This document shows positions 1 to 14,254 of a DNA stretch of 64,000 nucleotides, one piece after another. The stretch is from the human T2T-CHM13v2.0 reference genome, Homo sapiens: the NCBI RefSeq assembly GCF_009914755.1, contig NC_060936.1, one strand, 5' to 3'. The translations under genes were made by a program, and so were the position numbers. The stretch's first letter is position 1; each line of letters starts with the position of its first letter. Under the pieces are notes generated by a model. It saw only the letters and a program-made list of their open reading frames with translations. It made no database searches and was not told where the DNA came from.

Positions 1-2423
1 GATTTTATACTTAGAAAAGCCTAAAGATTCCACCAAAAAATTATAAAAACAAATTAATTCAGTAAAGTTTCAGGATACAAAATCAACATACAAAAATTAG
101 TAGCATTTATATATGCCAATGGCACATAAGCTGAAAAAGAAATCAAGAAAGCCATCCTAGTTCCAATAGGTACAAAAATATTAAATATCTAGGAATCAAT
201 CTAATCAGAGTAAAAGACCTATTCAAGAAAAACTATAAAACTCTGATAAAAGAAATTAAAGAGGACACAAAAATGGAAATATATTCCATGCTCATGGATT
301 GGAAGAACTGTTATTGTTAAAATGACAATTCTACCCAAAGCAATTTACAGATTCAATGCAATCTCTATCAAAGTACCAGTAACATTCTTCAAATAAATAG
401 AAAAAAAAATCCTAAAACTTATAGCGAACCACAAAAGACCTCAAATGGCCAAACCTATCCTGAGCAAGAAGAACAAAGCTCAAGGACTAATTGACTTCAA
501 AATCTACTGCAAATCTATAGTAACCAAAACAACATGGCATAGAAACAGACACATGACCAATGGAACCAAATAGAGAACCCAGATATAAATCCCCACATTT
601 ACAGCCAACTCATCTTTAACAAAGGTGCCAAGAACATACAATGAGGAAAGGCAGTCTTTTCAATAAATCGTTCTGGGAAAACTAGATAACCATATGCAGA
701 AGAATGAAACTGGGTCCCTATCTCTTACCATACCTAAAAGTCAAAATAGGTTAAAGACTTAAATCTGAGACCTAAAACTCTGACGCTACTATAAGAAAAC
801 ATCAGGAAAACTCTCCAGGATATTGTTCTTGGCAAAGATATTTTGTGTAAGCCTTCAAAAGCACAGGCAACCAAAGCAAAAAGTAGACAAATGGGATTAC
901 ATCAAGCTAAAAAGCTTCTGCACAGCAAAAAAACAAACAACAATATAAAACAAATAACCAAAAAACAACAAAGTGAAGAGATAACCAACAGAATGGTATA
1001 AAATATTTGCAAACCATCCATTTAACAAGAGATTAATAACAAGAATATATAATGTGCTCAAACAATTCAATAGCAAAAAACAATCAGATTTTAAAATGGG
1101 CAAAAGATCTGAACAAACATTTCTCAAAAGAAGACATACTAATGGCCAACAAGTATATTTCAAAAATGCTCAACATTATTAATCATCAGAGAAATACAAA
1201 TAAAAACTATCATATTCCCTCATTTCAGTTAAAATGGCTTGTATCAAAAAGACTGGGCATAATGGATGCTGGAAAGGATGGGGAGTCAGAGGAACCCTTG
1301 TACACTGTTGGTGAGAACATACATTAGTACAGTCATTATGGAGAACAGTATGAAAGTTTCTCAAAAAGCTGAAAATAGAACTACCATATGAGCCAGCAAT
1401 CCCACCAAATGAGCCAGTTATCCCACAATAACCCCTAGGTATACACCCCAAAGAAAGGAAATCAGTATATCAAAGAGATATCTGTACTCCTATATTTATT
1501 GCAGCACTATTTGCAGTAGCAAAGATATGGAATCAAATTAAGTGTCCATCAATGGATGAATGGATGAAGAAAATGTGATATTTATAAAAAATGGAATGTT
1601 ATTCAACCACAAAAAATGAGATCTTGTCTGATATGGTTTCATTCTGAGTCCCCAACACAATCTCACCTTGAATTGTAATAATTCCCACATGTCAAGGGCA
1701 GGACCAGGTGGAGATAATTGAATCATGAGATTGGTTTTCCCTATGCTATTCTCATGATGGTTAGTGAGTTCTCATGAGATCTGATGGTTTTATAAGGGGC
1801 TTCCCCTTTCACCTGGCATTCTCTCTCCTGTCACCCTGTGAAGACCATGATTGTTAGTTTCCTGAGGACTTCCCAGCCATGCATACTGTGAGTCAATTTA
1901 ATAAACCTCTTCTCTTTATAAATTACCCAGTCTTGGATATTTCTTCATAGCAGCATGGGAACAGACAAATACACTGCAGCAACATGGATAAAACTGGAGG
2001 TCATTATGTTAAGTGAAATAAGCCAGACATAGAAAGACAAATATCACATGTTCTCACTCGTATGTGGGAGCTTAAAAAATGGATCTCATGAAGATAGAGA
2101 ATGAAATGGTGGTTACCAGAGGCCAGGAAGTTTGGGGGTCCATGAGGAGATGTTGATTAATGGGTATAATTATATGGTTTGATAGAAAAAATAAGACCAA
2201 GTGTTCAATAGATCAGTAGGATGATTATAGTCAATATTAATCTACTGTACATTTCAAAATAACTAAAAGAGAATAATCTGAATGTTCTAGCATAAAGAAA
2301 AGATGAATATTTAAAATGATGGATATCTCAATTACCCTGATTTGATATTTACAAATTATATTACTGTATGAAGTTATCACATGTATCCCCAAAATATGTA
2401 CATCTATTATGTATCAACAAAAA
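1..2423 (+). mobile_element. LINE-1 3' portion (ORF2 C-terminal half + 3'UTR), L1MA4/L1MA5-like, interrupted by a THE1 LTR
   Basis: Degenerate ORF2 motifs (WAKDLNKHFSKEDI, aagcttctgcacagcaaa); L1MA-type 3'UTR ending ...tattatgtatcaacaaaaa; runs off the left window edge. Confidence 0.9.
1629..1973 (+). mobile_element. Solo THE1 (THE1C/D-like) MaLR LTR inserted in L1
   Basis: TGATATGGTTT... start, aataaacct...aattacccagtc, ends ...aataca (TG..CA termini). Confidence 0.9.
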
Positions 2424-2515
2424 CTACAAATACCTAATGCAGTTAAAAGATCCTAGAAATGAGGGAAACTAGAGGAAGCTAACAGTGCAACAGGAAAGAT
2501 AATGGCAAAGAGAGA

Positions 2516-2630
2516 TTGTGTGTGTGTGTGTGTGTGTGTCTGTATGTCTGTGTCTGTGTCTATGTGTCTGTGTTTCAGAGGAGGAGGAGAACAAAGAAGA
2601 AGAAAAGGAAGAAGAAAACTGTGAGGACAA
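2516..2630. repeat. (TG)n/(TCTG)n microsatellite followed by GAA-rich tract
   Basis: Directly visible. Confidence 0.9.
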
Positions 2631-3951
2631 AGAGGAAAGCTACACAGAAAGACAGCTCGCAATTTTTTTTTTCACAAGATTTAGAGAAGCTGGAACATTC
2701 TTTATCTCCTAGTCCTCCAATTTTACAATGTTTTCCGTTTTCTGTACAACCTCCTTGCTCCTTACTATTTACCACCTGAAAGGGCATTGCTAAAGAAGAG
2801 ATCCAAGCAAGTTTTCCAATCTCATTTCCATAGCAGCAGCAGCTGCTGCCTGGAATTTCAGTAGCAAGTAACTGAACACACCAACTTTCTGCAACCTTTC
2901 CACTCCTTCTGTGCTCGCTTGTGATCTCCCCAGAATTCTTCCTTTTCTCCTTCTCCCCAAGTTAAAGTTAAGGTAAATGTTATTGTTAGGAGATTCATAA
3001 AAATACCCAAACTTCAGGTCAAATATTATTGTCAGAGAGAGCCTAGACTAACCTACGGGTTAGCCCATTTGTTTCTCCTGTCCTCACAAGGATTTCTGGA
3101 CCGTTTAACATACTGGACATGCAATACTCTCTCTTTCTCTCCTTTGCAACCGTGGCTGTTTATCTTCTTCCACTTCCACCCAAGCTGGTAGTTTGTAATT
3201 GAACTGATGTATGGTAGAAACTGTATGAAGCCAATCGTTTGTGTCTTATAAAAGCCTAGACTCATTAAAGAAATTATTATATGCTTCCACGATGTGGAGA
3301 GGAAAAGGAGAAGATCTTTGTGGACAGAAAAAGACAGAGAGAAAAAAAAGAACCTAGCAACAGGGTGAGAAAAGGATGGAATTTGGTAGGCAAGAGCAAT
3401 GCAAACTCACTCTGCTTCTAGCAGTGCCCTGGGGGTGAAGGAGAGAGTTTGGGCAGCTGACTTTTAGCACCAACAAAGACCAGTCTGCAAAGGAGCACCA
3501 GAGCTCCAGGCATCCTGAACATCAAAGGATTATGAGGACTTAGAAACAACAGGCATCTGAAAGGGACCAGCATGAATCCCACACTGGAAGTGCCTCCTAA
3601 AATATTTGCTTTGCATAAAACTCCAGGACCTTTGCACAATCCTAGAGGAACACTGAGGATTTTGTGAGAGAGACTGGTGGCATAGGAGCTTAGGTTTGGA
3701 TTTAAATTGATTTTATGAAATGAAGAAATGTGATATTTCTTACTCTGACCACTCTACAAGTATCATTAATGTAAAGAGATACACATACAAAAAATACACA
3801 ATCATGATATATGTTTATATGTGTATGATTATATAATCATCAAAAACTTTATTTCTGTAGATTACATGTGGAAGTTAACAATCCTTTTAAGCAAATATTA
3901 GTCTCCCCTTTGAGGGTTTTGAGCTTCATTATGGTCAGGAATTCCTCCCTT

Positions 3952-4013
3952 TGTGTGTGTGTGTGTCTGTGTGTGTGTGTGTGTGTGTCTGTGTGTGTCT
4001 GTGTGTGTGCGTG
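3952..4013. repeat. (TG)n microsatellite, interrupted
   Basis: Directly visible; lies at the presumed distal end of the METTL8 retrocopy. Confidence 0.95.
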
Positions 4014-5094
4014 TTTGGGAACTGGCTTACTAAGCCTAAACAAATAAATAATTTTTTTACTTGCAAAAAATGTCAAGTTACGTTTTCTCAAAATTACCTG
4101 ACATAATACCAGTTTAATTGAATGCTTATAAAATTCAAGGAACAAGCAAAATGGTTAGATGTAATAAATTCAAACAAGCTTAGGCATATCAAGTTTTCAA
4201 AGCGCAGAAAAAGGCATACTGTGCTGAATCACTTACATGTGCTTAAAATGCACAAAGGAGCTCACCTATGACAAAACAGCAAGAAATACAAATTCTCTTC
4301 TTTTTTTCTCATTGTCTTTTGAGAAACGAAAAACTTACAGTAGTCCTTGAATAGCACAGTCCTCTGGCTTTGTACCTTAACATGTTACAAAGTTCAGCCT
4401 TGAGAAAGGAGTGTAGATACCATATTGGAACTATTCTGAGTCTGGTGCAATGGTTTCTGGAATTTGCCTTGAACCCACACTCGGTGCATTTTTACTTGTT
4501 TTTTCCTATTAACTCGTAAGTGGCAATCAACCGGATTTTGCTTTTCATCTAAACTGGCTTTGCAGAACATACTGTGGACTTCCCCTTTTGTAAAGAAATA
4601 TGCTCTGGTACCATCTCCTCGAACATAAAAATTTTCAGATAAACAATGTCCCTTTTTAAAACGAAGCTGACTCTTATATCTTCCATAGTCTCAAAATAAC
4701 AGCATTCCCCCAGGTTTCAGTAACTTGGACAGTAGGTTTACAACACCTTGCATCCTGTTAGGATGAATAGAAGAGAGCACAAAGACAAGGAGAATGACAT
4801 CCAGGATCCCATCTGGAAAAGGGTAAGGTAAGCCATCATCACATACATCATGAACAAAGGCAAAACACTGGGCTGCTCTGTAGAACGAGTGTGACTTTAC
4901 AAGCTCCACAGCTCCAGAAGCAAAATCACAACAATACAGAAAGGACTCTGGAAAGCTCTGCGAAGTGTTCAAAATTGGAAACACACTATTTCCAACTCCA
5001 CAACCAACCTCTAGTATCCTGAAAGTGGCACTGCTACCAGGAAACAATCGGTCTTCATACGTCCTTTTTTGTGTTTTTCAGAGTCTAGGTTGGA
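4014..5094 (-). pseudogene. METTL8: Processed (retro)pseudogene of METTL8 m3C RNA methyltransferase, 5'-truncated; CDS homology 4394-5094, probable 3'UTR below 4394
   Basis: Minus strand translates without introns as [11 protein letters not shown]..(frameshift)..[25 protein letters not shown]...[62 protein letters not shown]...[32 protein letters not shown] motif LEVGCG present; premature TGA at 4691-4693 (CGA>TGA); native stop at 4394-4396; frameshift near 5049. Left (UTR) boundary is uncertain. Confidence 0.93.
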
Positions 5095-5390
5095 GTCTTT
5101 TGCTCCAGAGCCCCTCTTGTGGGCAGGCAGAATTCTAATACTCATGATCTTGGCTCTCTATCTAATTAGAAACTAAAGAGAGTTCTTTGTTTTCAGCTCT
5201 CATAGTGCAATTCCATCTAAAACAGTTGCTACCTTAATTCTCTGAGGTGGAGTGCAAGCCTACGTCAGCCTGTTCAATATTTTAAGACACAAGTTTCTCA
5301 CGTCTCAGCAAATGGAAACCTACAGGGTTGTAGCAGGTCCTCAACATGTATGTCTCTCCAATTCTCCATTTCCTCTATTTAGTAGCAAGT

Positions 5391-5395
5391 AGTGC

Positions 5396-5435
<40 letters not shown>

Positions 5436-5455
5436 GTGCATGCGCATGTATGTGT
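5391..5455. repeat. (TG)n microsatellite / alternating purine-pyrimidine tract
   Basis: Directly visible. Confidence 0.95.
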
Positions 5456-6239
5456 CTGATTGGAGGATTATTCCTCTATTTTTCTATAGCATTATCATTT
5501 CTCATTTTAAAACATTATTTGCTGTTACTGACCCTCCATTCCAGAAACACATCGCTTTCTTCCTCTGTACTGGAGTGTAGCAACACAAAGACACAGCCAA
5601 CAATTTCACTTGGTGGTCTGATGAACTCTCATAAATGCCTTGTTTACAGCATAAGAATGTAAGTACATATTTATATATCTCTCTCTGACAAAATATCCTT
5701 TCCATATATCTGATGGCCATTAATTTGGACTTAACTAGTTTTGTCCAAAAATGAAATTCCAAGGGCCAGGGAAGAATAAAATGTACTTGAAAAATTTCTT
5801 CTAACTGGTATAAATATTAAATTAAACTTATATGCTAATTGGAACAATAATGGCCCTTTGGATGATTCTACATTACAAGCGTCAACTGAAATAAGGTCCC
5901 CAATTGTCACTGAGAACATCAAAGGGATCTTACTTTGAGGAATAAATATGTGATTATAGTGATTATGTGTGAATTGTGGTTATATTCTTCAATAAAGAAA
6001 CATGCTGGGATTTACAACTCTCCTCTGAGACTTAGTCAAATAAATTAACACATATTGAACACCCACAGGATTCCTGCAGCAGAATAAACAAATTATTTTA
6101 CCAACCTGCAAAACATCAGCTAGTGGACTAAGCTGCACAATGAACTCAGCTGAGCGTGGCCCCAAGCAGAACAATTAAGCAGGCAGAATTTATTTTCATT
6201 GTGGGTTACGTCTCCATTGTGCAATCTAGAATGGCTTGG

Positions 6240-6360
6240 ACTGGACGTCAGAACTGGATTCTGTTTCCAGCTCTGGCATCTGATAGTTGCATAATAGTAT
6301 TGAGTTTCAATTTCCTAATTTTGAAATGGGAAATCATTGCTTCCGTCTCATGGATAGTTT
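6240..6360 (+). mobile_element. MIR SINE fragment
   Basis: ttccagctctggc...tttcctaattttgaaatggga, MIR core-like. Confidence 0.6.
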
Positions 6361-6529
6361 CAAAGGAAACAACAACTGGGAAATTACTGTTCAAATTGCT
6401 GAACATTCTGTGGTCATAAAATATTGTTTATCTGCTTCATTTTTTTTCTCAAGACTTCCCTAAAGCAGGCTTTATTTTCATGATTTAATCCCTCTTCTCC
6501 TTTTTCTTCTAAATCTTCTCTCCAATCCC

Positions 6530-6640
6530 CTCTACATTGCTAAATCAGAACACTGTCCAATTCTCAGTTCTCATCCTACTTAACTAATCAGCAGCATTTG
6601 ACAGAATTCACAAATTATCTTCCTTAAAACATTGTCTATA
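6530..6640 (+). mobile_element. L2 LINE fragment
   Basis: ttgctaaatc...ttctcagttctcatcctactt...cagcagcatttgaca, L2 RT-region motif. Confidence 0.6.
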
Positions 6641-9428
6641 TTGAGGAAATAACATTTCAAGGATACAGTGCACTGTATATAGATATACCTTCTAACATAT
6701 GTATCTATATCTCTATCATTTTATATCTTGGGAAATTACTTTTTTATTGTCTTTCTGCACATTAGAATGATTTTTCCTTGAAAACAAAATGCGTGTCTAT
6801 ATGTTTTGGTACTTTTTTTATCCAAAGCAATGAGAAAAATGCCTGGTATGAAATAAACAGACAATAAATAATTTTTAAATGAGTGAAAAAATGAGTATCC
6901 TTATTACTGAACCTGAATGTAAAACTAGCCTTAATAATTTTCCATTCTAGGGAAAAATCTTTGTGAGATAAGAGAAGTTAGTGGCTTTTAAAGTGGACAC
7001 TTTTACATTGATTGAAGTAGGTTTTGATTGTTTGTGCCTGGAATTATTTATGAAGCTGATTCTAGCTAGCATATCAATTATTAATAACTGGGGGACCCAG
7101 ACAAAGAGGAATTTATATACATTCACAATCTCTTTCATGGTTCTTTACTGGGTACTTATAAGACTGGAGAAAAGCGAAGAAATTGGCAAGAGCCCCATGC
7201 TTAGTAGTGCATATGTGAGAAGGTGATTGGATGCTTCTGGAGTCAAACACAAATCATCACCCACTTCCCTGGATTCTTCCCTCCTATGTTGCCAAAAAGC
7301 TCAGCCTCTAGGGCAGGAGTGGAGAACCCTTTTATCCCAGAGCACAGGAAGAGATTCCTGTATTCTTATGTAACGCTTTAATATTGTTATATTTAAACAA
7401 GGCAGAAGCTATATTTCTAATACTCCTGTATGCCATTTTTCATTTTATGTTAAAATTAATTTAACATAAAATGAAATTTTATTTTATTAACAAATGAAAG
7501 TTAATTTGTTCTCTGGAGTTCCATGGGTAATTTTTTTTTTCATTTTGGCTTTAAAACTTTCTCTCAAAGTAGCAGGATACCATGCAATGTTGTTCAAGAT
7601 TTCAGCAACTCCAATAATAGGTTTCAGACACCAATATAATGTCCCTTTCTAATATTCAGCAGGGAGATGAAAGCTATAAGAAAGTGTCAAGTAAAATGAC
7701 TTGGAATTTTTTTAAAAAACCATGATATCAGAGGTGAATAATTCTTTTATGTAGCCTATCAATAGTCTTGAAAGAGCAGAAGAAATAATGAGTGAACATG
7801 AAAATAATTCAATAAAAGTTACCAAAACTGAAACACAAGGAGAAAATAGAGTGGAGAAGGGGAAACAACAGAAAAGGACATCCAAAAGCTGTAGGATATT
7901 TGTCAGCCTGACATATATAAACTTGCTGATCTTGGAGGAGACAGAACAGAGCAGAAGATTATGTGAAAATATAATTGCCAAAATGTACCAAAAATAGTGG
8001 AAGATATCAAACCATGGGTCCAGAAGCTGAGAAAATATCAACATGATAATTCTAAAAAGTAGATACATTACAGTCAAACTGCTAAAAACCAAAGCTAAAG
8101 AAAAAATCCTAGAGGCAGACAGAGGAAAGAAAAAGAAATGTTATAAACAAAATACACAAAAATGACAACAAGAATTATAGCAGGATTCTCATTAGAAACT
8201 ATATTATACTACATTATGTTACCCTATACTGTACTATATGACTGTATCATGCACCAGAAGTCAAAGTGTTATCTGTAAAATATTGTCAACCCCAAATTCT
8301 ATACCCAGCGAACATATTTTTAAAAATGAGAGATACAAATGTCAAAAGATGAAATAAACGTGTTTTCAGAAAAACAAACAAGAGAATTGACTGCTAGTAG
8401 AACTGTATGTTTTAAAAAATTGTAATAATAGACTTTCAGGTATAAGGAGTGTGAGACCAGATCAAAGCTTGGATCCACACAAAGAAATAAAGAGTGCACG
8501 AAATGATAAAAATGAGGATAATAAGATAGATGTTTTAATCTAATTTTTCATAATTAAAAGATAATTGAATGTCTAAAGTAAAAATCATAGGTTTAAAACA
8601 TATAAAACTAAGTTTTTCATCCAATAATCCTGTTCAGAATAAATTGCATGACAACAATCATGTAAAGAAGAAGGGGGAAAAACTTGAAAGTATATGATTG
8701 TAAAGTTCTTGCCCACTTTAAATGAGGTGGTAAATATTTAAAGGTAAACATGGTAAGTTAATGGTTTCTATTGTAATCTATAAAGAAAGTACTAAAACAT
8801 ATACAACTAATAAACCAATAGTAAAACTTAAGTAAAGCTATTTTTAAAAATATTCAATTAATCCAAAAGAAAGCCAAAAAAAGAAGAAAGGTGAATGAAC
8901 TTGGATGTGTTCAAATAGAATACACTCATGAATTAGTAAATACAAATACAATTATATTAAGAATTATATAAAATGTAAATGTCTAAACACTCAAATCAAA
9001 TGGCAGACATTGAGAGATTGGTTAAAAAATTCCAACCACTGGCTGTCTACAAGAAATCCTATTTAATTATAAAGATGTGTAGAGATTTAAAGTTAAAGGA
9101 TGGGAAATAATTATAGTATGAAAGCATTAACTCAGGAAAGCTATAATCACTACTTATATCAGACAAAGCAGACTTCAAAACAAATAGTTCCAGAGCAAAA
9201 AAGAGGTATTATATAATAATAAAAGAATCAAGTAATCAATTAGGTCTAAAAATTCTATATGTATATGCATCAAACCACGCAATTTCAGAATGCATGAAGC
9301 AAAAACTGGTAGACCTGCAAAGAGAAATAGAAAAATCTACAATTGTATTGGACATCTCAATACTCCTATTTCAGTAACTGAATAAGTAAATGGGAATCAG
9401 TAAGGATATAGAAAACCTGGACAACATA

Positions 9429-9774
<346 letters not shown>

Positions 9775-11629
9775 TTAATATTTTGAATACACTATACAAC
9801 ATGAACTAAATACATATTTGCATATGCACATGAAATTTTTGCCAAAATACACTGTGTTCTCAGCTATAAAGAAACATCAACAAATTTTGAGCAATTGAAA
9901 TCAGGCAACATATGCTATCTCACCAAATGGAATTAAAATAAAAATAAATAACAGAAAGAAATCTGGAAATGCTCAAATATTTGGAACTAAATAACACACT
10001 CTAAAATAGCCCATAGGTCAAAGAGCAAATAGCAATAGAAACTTAAAAATATTTTGCACTGAATGAAAAAGAAAACACAACATATGGAACACACCTAAAA
10101 CAGTGCTTAAATTGACATTTATGTAACATTAAATGCCAATTTTTAAAAACAATGACGTTTCTGAAACAATATTATAAGATTTTAAGAAACCATAAAAAAA
10201 AGCGGAACAAATTAAACTCAAAGCACGCAAACGGAAACAGTAAAATTAAGAGCAGAATTCAATGGAATGTAAAACACAAAAAGAATAGAACTAAAACCTG
10301 ATTCTTTGAAAAAAATTAATAAAAATATAACAAAGATGCCCAAGTAAAAGTTCAGGACATGATAGCTGCACAGCTGAATTCTACCAAATATTCTAAAAAG
10401 AACTGGTGCCAATCCTTTTCAAAATTTTTTAAAAATCCAAACTCATTTTATAAGGTCAGCATTACCCTGAGACCAAAGCCAGAAAAGGACACTACAAGAA
10501 AAGAAATTTACAGACCGATATCCCTGATAATCATAGATGCAAAAATCCTCAATATTAGCAAATGAATCCAACAGCACATTAAAAGGATCATTCGCCATGA
10601 TGCAGTGGGAGTTATTTCTGGGATGCCAGAATTGTCCAACATAATCGATAAATGTGGTACACCACATTAATAAAATAAAGGATAAAACTCATATTATCAT
10701 CTCAACAGATGCAGAAAATGTATTTGACAAAATTCAACACTCTTTCATGATAATAACTTAAGGATAGAATAAATATATCTCAACATACTAAAGGCCATAT
10801 ATGACAAGCTCACAGCTAACAACATACTTAACGGTGAACATCTGAAAGCTTTTCCTCTAAGATCAGGAGTAAACGAAAGTGCCCATTCTTACCACTACCA
10901 TTTAAAATAGTATTCAAAGTCCTAGCCAAAGTAATCAATCAAGAAAACAAAATAAAATACATCCAAATCAGAAAGAAATAAGTTAAATTGTCTGGGTGCA
11001 GATGACATAATCTTATGTATAGAAAACTCTAAAGATTCCCCCCAAAACTGTTAGAACTAATAAATAAATTCAGTAAAGTAGCAAGATATAAAAATCAATA
11101 TATAAAAATCAATTGTATTTCTATATGGTGATGACAAGCTATTCCAAAAAATAAGAAAACAGCCCAATTTAGAATAGCATCAAAACAAATACAATACTTA
11201 GGAATAAATTTAACCAAGGAGGTAAAAGATCTGTACAATAAAACTCTAAGACATTGATGAAAGAAATTGAAGAAGACACAAGTAAATGGAGAGATATCTC
11301 ATGCTCATGGATTGGAAGGTTAGCACTGTTAAAATATCTATACTACATAAAGCAATCCACAGAGTCAGTGAAATCCTTATCAAAATTCCTGTAGGAATTT
11401 TCACAGAAATTGCAAAAACAACCCTAAGATTCTTATGAAATTACAAAAGACCCTAAATAGACAACATACTCTTGACTAAGAAGAACAAAGCTGGAGGCCT
11501 CGTCCTTCCTGATTTCTAACCATATTACAATGTGTAGTAATCAAAACAGTTTGTTAATGGCATAAAAACAAACACATGAACCAATGGAACAGAATAGGGA
11601 ACCCAGAAACAAACACACACAAATGCAGT

Positions 11630-11981
11630 TGTTACGGTTTGTGTAATCTCGAAAATTCAGATGTTGTCAATATGATGGCATTAAGAGGTTGGGCCTTTAA
11701 AAGAAGAATACACCATGAGGGCTCCTTCCACATAAATGAGACTAAAGTCTTCATAAAAGAGATTTCATGCAGCATTCAGCAGCTTGCCTTTTGGATTTTT
11801 GCCATGTGAAGTCATAAGTTTCTCTTTTGCAGGGAATATAGACATCACCAGATAACCAAAACCTCCTGGTACCTTAATCTTGGACTTGTCAGCCTCTACA
11901 ACTGTGAGAAATAAATTTCTATTCTTTATAGATTACCCAGTCTGTAGTATTCTCTTGTAGCAGCACAAATGGACTAAGATA
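11630..11981 (+). mobile_element. Solo MaLR LTR (MSTC/MSTD-like)
   Basis: tgttacggttt start, ...ggactaagata end, 5-bp TSD gcagt/acagt; the L1 is continuous across it. Confidence 0.85.
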
Positions 11982-13134
11982 ACAGTCAACTCATCTTTGA
12001 TAATGGCCCAAGAGTATACAACATGAAAAGGATAGTCTGTTTGATAAGTAGTTTTGGGAAAACTGGATATAAATAATTTGAAAGGGAATACAACACTTTC
12101 ACGATTCATAGGTAATGTGATTGTAAACATAGAAATCTAGAATAATCTAAATAGATTTTTAAATTAACAAAAGGATTTAGTAGAGTATCTGGATACAACC
12201 TAAATATACATATATCAATTGTATTTCTATTAACAGAAACAAATAACTAGGAAAAAAGTATCACTTACAATAGCATTAAACAATCTAAAAATATTAGGAA
12301 TTCATAAAATATGTGAAAATCTCCATAGAGAAAATTATGATTTTATTGAAGAATATTAAAAAGACCAAAAGTAAAAGGAAGATATGCCATGTTTATGGGA
12401 AAAAATATTTTTCAGATGTAAATTTTATCAAAATTAATCTATAAATTTCATAAGATTCTCATAAAAATGAGAAGAGATAAGAACAGGCAAGATCCTCTTG
12501 AAGAAGACATATTAGACAAAAAAGTCATCTATCAGATAATAGAATTTGCTTGAAGCTATGGTAATTAAGACAGTGTTTTTTTTTTTAGCACAGAGATAAG
12601 GAGCATAGACTAGTGACACAGATCAGGAGTTCAAATACAGGCCTTCACATATATGGACACAAAATGACAGAGACACCATAATGTGCCAATGGGTAATTGG
12701 CAAGCTTCAACAAATAGAACTGGGACAGTGAAATGACCACTTGAAAAAAAAATTTAAATGGTATTTCCAGATAGATGAAGAGCCTGAAAGTGAAAGACAA
12801 ATCTATAAAACTTTAGGAGATAAGAAAATATCTCCATGAAGTAGAGTAGGAGAATATTTCTTAAACAATATACAAAAGTCACTAAGTAAAAAGGAAAAAT
12901 CAAAAAATTCAAACACATTCAAATTTTTAAAACCCATTCATAAAAACAATATTAATGAGAGTGAAAAGATAAGCCATAGAAAGAGAGGTTATGATTGCAA
13001 CACATATATCTTGAAAAAAGATCTGGTATACCAGCGAAATCTTACAAATCAAGAATAAATACACCACCACCTAAAAGAAAATGAGTAAATAAGGCTTTAA
13101 TGGTTTCCTTACAAAAGATGAGATCCAGGCAACC

Positions 13135-13585
13135 TGTAATGCATTAAACTGTGTCTCTCAAAAATTCACATAGTGAAGTGCTAGCCCCCAATACTGCAGA
13201 ATGCAATAAAATTTACAAATAGGATTGTTGCTTACGTAATTAGTTAAGACAAGATCACACTGAAGTAAGCTGAGCTCCTAACTCAATATGATCATTGCCT
13301 TATAAAAAGAGGAAATATGGACAGAGACACACCAACAGGGAGATTGCCGTGTGGACATCATGGCAGAGATTGGGCTGGTGCATCTGTAAACCAAGAAGCA
13401 CAAAAGATTTCCAACAAACCACCAGGAGCAAGGCAAGAGGCACAGAAGAGATTCTCACAACCCACAGAAGGAACCAACACTGCTAGCGCCCCAGACTTCC
13501 AGCCTCCAGAACTGTGAGACAATAAGTGTCTGTTTAAGCCACCCAGTTTGTGGTCTTTGTTACAGCAGCCCAAGCAAACTAATTT
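13135..13585 (+). mobile_element. Solo MLT1B/C MaLR LTR
   Basis: gacttccagcctccagaactgtgagacaataa...tttaagccacccagtttgtgg, MLT1 hallmarks. Confidence 0.85.
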
Positions 13586-13977
13586 ATGGTTAATTAACCT
13601 AAGAAAATGTGACCAAGCTAGTAATTAGAAAAATCAAAATAATAATAATCTATTTCTGCACGCCGATCAGATTGGCAATAGTACAAAAATATCAATGAAT
13701 GGTGAGGATGTAGAGCAATAGAACTATCCTGTCATCTACTACTTTTGACAACCACTTTCCAAACAGTTTGGAACAACTTGATATCATCTGGTAAGTTAAA
13801 TGTATACATTATTTCTTAATTCAGAAATTCTACTGTCAGGTGTATATCCTAGTGACTAATCAGTGTGTATAATGATTTCTAGTCACCCAGGATACATACA
13901 CAAACGTGTAATTAGAAGCTAAATGAGAAACAAACTAAATCTATCAATAGCAAAGTAAATAAATAGATCAGTGTATA

Positions 13978-14254
13978 CAGTTGATCCTTGAACAACACAG
14001 GTTTGAACTGCATGGGTCCACTTACATAGGAATTTTATTTTTCAGTAAAAACGGTAGGACCTCTGTATGGGCAGGTTCCACATCCACACGTGGATCAAAA
14101 ATACTGTACAATATTCACAGAATGTGAAACCCTTATATAGGGAGGTATAACTTTTCATATCTGCAGGGCCAACTGTGAGACTTGAGTATGTGCTGATTTT
14201 GTTATCCATGGGCAGTCCTGAAACCAATGTCTCATGAATACTGAAGGCCAACTG
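13978..14254 (+). mobile_element. TcMar-Tigger MITE (Tigger2/MER2-related)
   Basis: cagttgatccttgaacaacac ... ggccaactg termini with TA on both sides. Confidence 0.8.

Noticed and set aside
1388-1430. Short tandem duplications inside repeats (also ~45745-45812 and ~48775-48825), considered as possible array structures
   Set aside because: These are two-copy 20-30 bp slippage duplications inside decayed elements, with no spacer/repeat array and no CRISPR-like organisation.
4691-5047. 118-aa methyltransferase ORF as a functional gene or novel methyltransferase system
   Set aside because: It is bounded by a frameshift and a premature stop within continuous METTL8 homology, has no ATG start, no introns and no N-terminus; it is a pseudogene fragment.
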